From NCBI RefSeq assembly GCF_041956535.1, contig NW_027192206.1, positions 167,149 to 231,148 on the forward strand: a stretch of DNA of 64,000 nucleotides, read 5' to 3'. Source of the DNA: Calcarisporiella thermophila CBS 279.70 (lineage: Eukaryota; Fungi; Calcarisporiellomycota). This document shows, one piece after another, positions 59,147 to 64,000 of the stretch; position 1 is the stretch's first letter; every line of letters begins with the position of its first letter. The notes below the pieces were generated by a model. It saw only the letters and a list, made by a program, of their open reading frames with translations, made no database searches and was not told the DNA's origin. The position numbers and the translations under genes were made by a program.

Positions 59147-61237
59147 TCACGCCTTCTTCTTAATGCGGCCATTAGGAGCCCATACTTTTACGGTGAAATC
59201 GGCAGAGCACGTGGCAATGATGGGCTCCATCGGATGGAAGCTGACTGCATAGACCCGGTCCGTATGGCCCTCCAGCCGCTGGATCTGTTCAGCATTGCCC
59301 TATGAAGAGAAGAAGGATGAGTGGGAATATGGAGAAATATAGAGAGCAAAAAAAAGAGACCTCTGAGACTCCCACGTTATAGATATAGGCGTATGGATCT
59401 GCACTTCCGGTGGCCAGCAGCATGCTCGCCTCCAAGGGTCGATCATTGGCGTTGACGTCGCCTGAGATCGAAAGTTCTCCATCCTCGTCTCGGGTGGTCG
59501 ACCACCGTGTGGCTTCGTCTAGAAAAGTAGATGGAGCAAACACATCGATGGTGGGTGAGCAGGCGGATCCCCCTTCACGTACACAGCAAGCAGCCCTCTA
59601 CTTACACTCCTTTCCGTAATAGAATGAGCTCTTGATGGGCCAATTCTTATTCTTATACCCTTTCAACGCTTGGACAACCCTTAGCGGCGTCTTGGGCGGT
59701 TCCAAACCTCGATCGTACACTCGGATAACTATGGTGCCATAGAGTCGAGGCATTGGAGTCCAAAGAAAGGCGAGTGAAAAGAAAATGTACCCTACGTACC
59801 GTTATCATAGCTATTCACGGCCATATACCGCGGCTCTTCGTATACATCTGAAAACCAAAAAGATATAAGCACCTCGATCACATTAAAAGGATCATTTCAC
59901 AATTCAGTCAATACCGTCGGTTCGTTGGCAGACAGCGATATGAGAGATTGGTTTCTTGCTCGACTCGTTCTGAAACGTTTGGACGCAATTGCCTTGATGC
60001 CGAGGGAGAAGCCCAAAAAAATAAAGGTAAGCGGAATTGAATTCACTATACCAAAATGCTCAAAAGTGGGCCAAAAGTATGGGCTACCTATCCGCATATC
60101 CCATGTCTTGATATATCCTGTTGCATCACCTGTGATGACATGTATGCCATCTCGGCATACATACCTACCAAACATGGAAATTATTGAGAAAGAAAGGTGG
60201 GCGATGAATGAGGGAGAATATCACGATAGCAAAAAAAAAAAGATAGCCTACAGAGAGTTAATCATGGAGTCGTTCCGTTTCACCATCGCCTCTCCAGGCT
60301 TTCGGATATCACATAATGCCAGCACATTCCGCGAGGTCCCATTGTAGAAAATCTGGTTATCTGGAACGCACGTGACCTTCAGCATCTTACTGGAAAGTAG
60401 GCGACATGGAGAATAGGTCAAACTCTACCTTGAGGATCAAACATCACGCATTGAACGAATCCCTCGCTGTGAAAATTGTAAACCAGTTTCTCGGTCTCTA
60501 TGTTCCACATTTTGCACGTCTGGTCGTATGCACCCGACAACAAGAGAGTGGAGTCGTTTGACCAAGACAGGTCAGAAATATTCAAGTTATGTCCCTTCAA
60601 ACACACCAGCTAGAATAGCATGCCAAGTTTAGCCATCATGGATTGCATAGAGAGGCTCTAGAGCATCCGACTCACTTCTTTTTGGGTCACCATGGCATCC
60701 CACACTCTCACTGTTTTGTCGAAAGAGCCTGTCGCTAAGTACCGGCCGCACCGCGAAAACTGCGTGCAATAGATCGCCCCCGCATGACCCTTAAGATCAT
60801 AGCGCAGATGAAACTGTTTGCCGTCCCGGTTTCGCTGAGTCGAGTTGGAACCTGGGAAGGATCACGGTGGAGAGAGAGGAGAGAGGGGGGGGAGTGGTGC
60901 ATATCGTCAATAGGGAAAAGGCTCTTAATGAAAAGAGGATCCCAGGTATTTTACCAAAAGCCTCCACAATATAGCGCGATCCGCTCACAGCATCAATAGT
61001 CTCATCGCGGACCTCCCTCGGAACCTTCCCCTCATCTAGATTGGACAGGTCAAACGGCCGCACTGGATGTTGATGCGGCTGGTCTGCAGCGTAGCGGGAG
61101 GAGAGCTCGTAGATGCTCTTTTTAAGCAGCCGGTTCTCCTTCTCCAGCTGATCGACTTTCTGTTTGAGGGATTTTGTCTCCTTGAGAAGACGCTCAAGTT
61201 GATCGCGCTCTGAGCCAGTGAGGCCTGATTTTTTCAT
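59147..61237 (-). CDS. WD40-repeat protein with N-terminal coiled coil (multi-exon)
   Basis: Coiled coil LKQKVDQLEKENRLLKKSIYELS, followed by LKGHAGAIYC..ATGSFDKTVRVWD, LKGHNLNISDLSW, LLATGSAD and LEGHTDRVYAVSFHP. The ortholog was not identified. Confidence 0.85.
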
Positions 61238-61419
61238 CGGAAAAGACGGAGGTGATCAAGGTCTTCTATTCCACGCTAACCAAAACTCAACAGGAAGGAG
61301 GTATGTCCTGTCTGCAGATCCTTTCATTCGGATGGATTGGGTGGCTTAGTTTGTCAACTTTAAATCCCATAGTATCGTAGGCTTCATGGCTTCTGTTTTT
61401 GGAAGACGAGGTCGCGACG

Positions 61420-62729
61420 ATGACATCAGTGTGCGATGCCCCCGCTAGCGACCATGGTACCCTCGTCAGTGCCCAGGGGATGAGCACAGATCCTCCATTA
61501 GCTGAAATCGGATCCACGCTGAGTGCCTCGGAATCCCTCTTGAAAGAGCGTCTCGAGCACTACTTTCGAGACGATCAGATCGAGGGATTCCTTAAACAAT
61601 CCTCGCCCGATCCAAGGGAAGGCTGTAAGTACAAGCGATACACCCCTTCAACTTCTCAATTTCTTAGATTGACCCGACCATGATAGCTGGCATCGAGACC
61701 ATGATTTCACTAATGGGTCTTTTTTTTTTACACCTCTCTAGGGGTGTATGTTGACAAGCTTGCATCATTAAAAAAGATTAAGGAGTTGAGCGAGTCGCGT
61801 GACTTGATTCTGAAGCATCTTCGGGCCTCCCTCTTGCTTGAGGTGGATGCAAGCGAGACACGCGTGCGGAGAATAGAGAACACCCTCTCGAAACATCTCG
61901 CTGAGCGGATCCAGAAGCTGAAGCCGGCCAAACCGTTGAAGACAAAATCATCGAAGCCGCAAAAGCAAAATGATCGTCGAAATCGTGTGCTTGAATTGTT
62001 TGACTTGGATCCGTCCCTGGATGTCCATGTGATTAAGGTATCCTCCGCCCGCTCTATCCTCGAAAAGACTCTTTCCGTGGTTGGAGCTGTATTTAAAGTT
62101 GGGTCAAGTGCTAATCTATCTCGTGTTTTTTATTTGTCTTGGAATAGACTTCGTTTGAAAAGAAGAATGTGCAGATCTCCTTTGTCGATTACCGTCGAGA
62201 CGAAACGTCGGGGTATGTGCATCTACGCCTACCGATTGCTCGCGAAGTAGTCAAATGCTATGGCTCAAGTGGCATCCCCATCGGTCCAGATACCGTTCGT
62301 ATCCGTGCACTGGGTCCTGAGGAGGAGGACATCTACTGGAAGGTATACCACGAATCACACCCGTCCCCTGCCATTGGCAAACGCAAGAACACGGGGGACG
62401 CAGGCTCCAAACAGCACCGTCAGCCAAAAAAGGTGAACCACGGGCCGGAGACAACGGAGAAGGAGGGTGGTCATCCTGTGACGGGGAAGAAACGACGGAA
62501 GGAAAAGAAAAATACGCAACGAGCCAGGAAAAAGGAGGGACGACTAGCACAACAGGTCGCCGATGAAGCTCAGGCTGCTGCGTTGGCATCCGGGTTGGAA
62601 GGGTTGCAGTTGGAACAACCGGAGGTGGCAGATGGGGAAATAAAGGTAGATCTGGATGCCACTGACGAGGTCTTGCGCATGAATCTGGAGAGGGAGCCAG
62701 AAGATGTAGAGCAGAACACGGTTGGCTAG
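61420..62729 (+). CDS. La-related RNA-binding protein: La motif + xRRM (La RRM2/LARP7-type) + basic/acidic tail
   Basis: La-motif-like LKERLEHYFRDD...VYVDKLASLKKIKEL...LLEVDASETRVRR and xRRM-like ISFVDYRRDETSGYVHL...RIRALGPEEEDIYWK. Introns at ~61624-61741 and 62038-62147. Confidence 0.75.
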
Positions 62730-63248
62730 GCCAATGAAGGATAGCCCTCGAGCATCTTATCTGTAGAAAAAAAAAATGGAGGAGGATGCATTCTCTTTTT
62801 TGCTTGGGCGGGACGATGGTGTGCCCGTTTTATTGTACATAGTCCATTTTGCCATTTTATGTTATCCTTTTTATTATTCCCATGCTTTGTTTCTCGATTC
62901 ATTAGTGTTCTTTAGAGCGGTTGGAATCGACTGTAATTTCATGCCTCTAGGGGAGCAGAACCCAACCAGCCCGTCTCTCTAATACTTTTTCCCTTCTTCT
63001 CACGTCAATCAATAAAAAAGATGCCGAAGCGCACGTCTTTATCTTGAGTTATCTCAACTACAAGCAGTTTTTTTTCTTTTCTAGTAAATTTTCAAAAGTA
63101 TAAACGATATTGCTATATATGTAAAAAAAACACAAGTGAAGAAATAAAAGAATCAATAGTCCACGGAACCAGCCTCAATATCACCATTAGATGGTTCCGA
63201 TCGCTGGTATGAGGAGTACAAATACTCCAGTTCAACAAATTAAACAGC

Positions 63249-64000
63249 TTAGTTGGGAAGGGGAAGGACGCCTGCAAGGCACATGGCATGATACAGGTCC
63301 TCGAGAAGGTCGTCTGCGTCCTCAATGCCCACGCACAACCGAATCAAATCTAGGAAATCAAATAGAAGTGGTTAATAACCTTCCGTCCCCAAAGGATGCT
63401 TGGGTAAAGAGGGGGGCGGGGACCATGGCCGCCTGCCACTATAGTTTACCTTCAGGGAATTCCCGCTCTGCCCTCACATGTGCAGGAATGCTTGCATGCG
63501 ACATGCGGCAGGGCATGCTGATCAATGAATTCACACACCCGAAACTGACGCTGATGCTCCACAGTTTAGTGCTCTCTACGATTTTCTCCGACAGGTGCAC
63601 GTCTCCCGTCTCAAAACTTAGAACCGCACCAGGGCCGGACGCCATCTTTTGATGGAGCGCATACTGGGGATGCGTCTTGCAGCCCGGATAGTGAACTTTG
63701 AAGCCATGCGCAACAAGGAACTCGGCAACCTGCTGGGCATTGGCCTGCTGTTTCTCCATACGGACGGCCAGCGTCTTGACGCCGCGCAGAAGGAGCCAAG
63801 AGTCGAAGGGATCCAGCCCACACCCAGTGGCATTAATCACGAAATATATTTTCTAGAGGAAAAGAGCAGTCGTTAGAAATCCACACTTTCCTGCTTGTGT
63901 TGAGGAAACCAAGAAGAGAAAGAAGAAGAGAGCTACCTCAGCCAGTGCTTCGTCTTTCACTCCAATGACGCCTGCCATCAGATCGTGATGCCCGCTCAGG
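63249..64000 (-). CDS. STR3: Cystathionine beta-lyase (Cys/Met metabolism PLP enzyme), 3' part; runs off the window
   Basis: LSGHHDLMAGVI, GLDPFDSWLLLRGVKTLAVRM, GAVLSFETG, ISVSFGCVNSLISMPCRMSHASIP and LIRLCVGIEDADDL. Confidence 0.93.

Noticed and set aside
30654-64000. Methionine/sulfur gene cluster (MTHFR + cystathionine beta-lyase)
   Set aside because: The genes are about 30 kb apart with many unrelated genes between them, which is compatible with chance.
13366-64000. U12-type (minor) introns
   Set aside because: I saw no RTATCCTT donor at any intron I reconstructed. The check was not exhaustive.

Overview
Gene-dense, intron-rich eukaryotic DNA. The gene set and short GT-AG introns point to a fungus, most plausibly an early-diverging lineage such as Mucoromycota (inference). 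The window is a compositional mosaic. An AT-rich accessory block (1 to ~13.3 kb) holds an NLR-like NB-ARC/TPR/ankyrin gene with an assembly gap inside its repeat array, a cytochrome P450 with a non-canonical I-helix, an intronless HSL-type alpha/beta hydrolase, a Tc1/mariner relic and a secreted, probably GPI-anchored protein. A GC-richer housekeeping block (13.3-42.7 kb) holds SEC63, GCP2/SPC97, a TALE homeobox gene, WDR6/TRM734, HGH1, MTHFR, CKS1, STT3, COG5 and GatA. A second AT-rich island (42.8-50 kb) has two paralogous intronless GNAT genes around a 97-bp tandem repeat and a Harbinger-like fragment. The rest holds a HAL/NPR-type kinase, a hotdog thioesterase, a membrane protein, a Pho80/Pcl-type cyclin, CWC15, a WD40 protein, a La-motif+xRRM protein and the 3' part of cystathionine beta-lyase. 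The best candidate for new biology is the NLR. My exon reconstruction gives it a short N/S/T/F/H-rich N-terminus (candidate amyloid signalling motif) instead of an effector domain, and a hybrid TPR+ankyrin sensor whose near-identical 102-nt repeats vary mainly at binding-face positions. All exon structures were reconstructed by eye, and no database searches were run.
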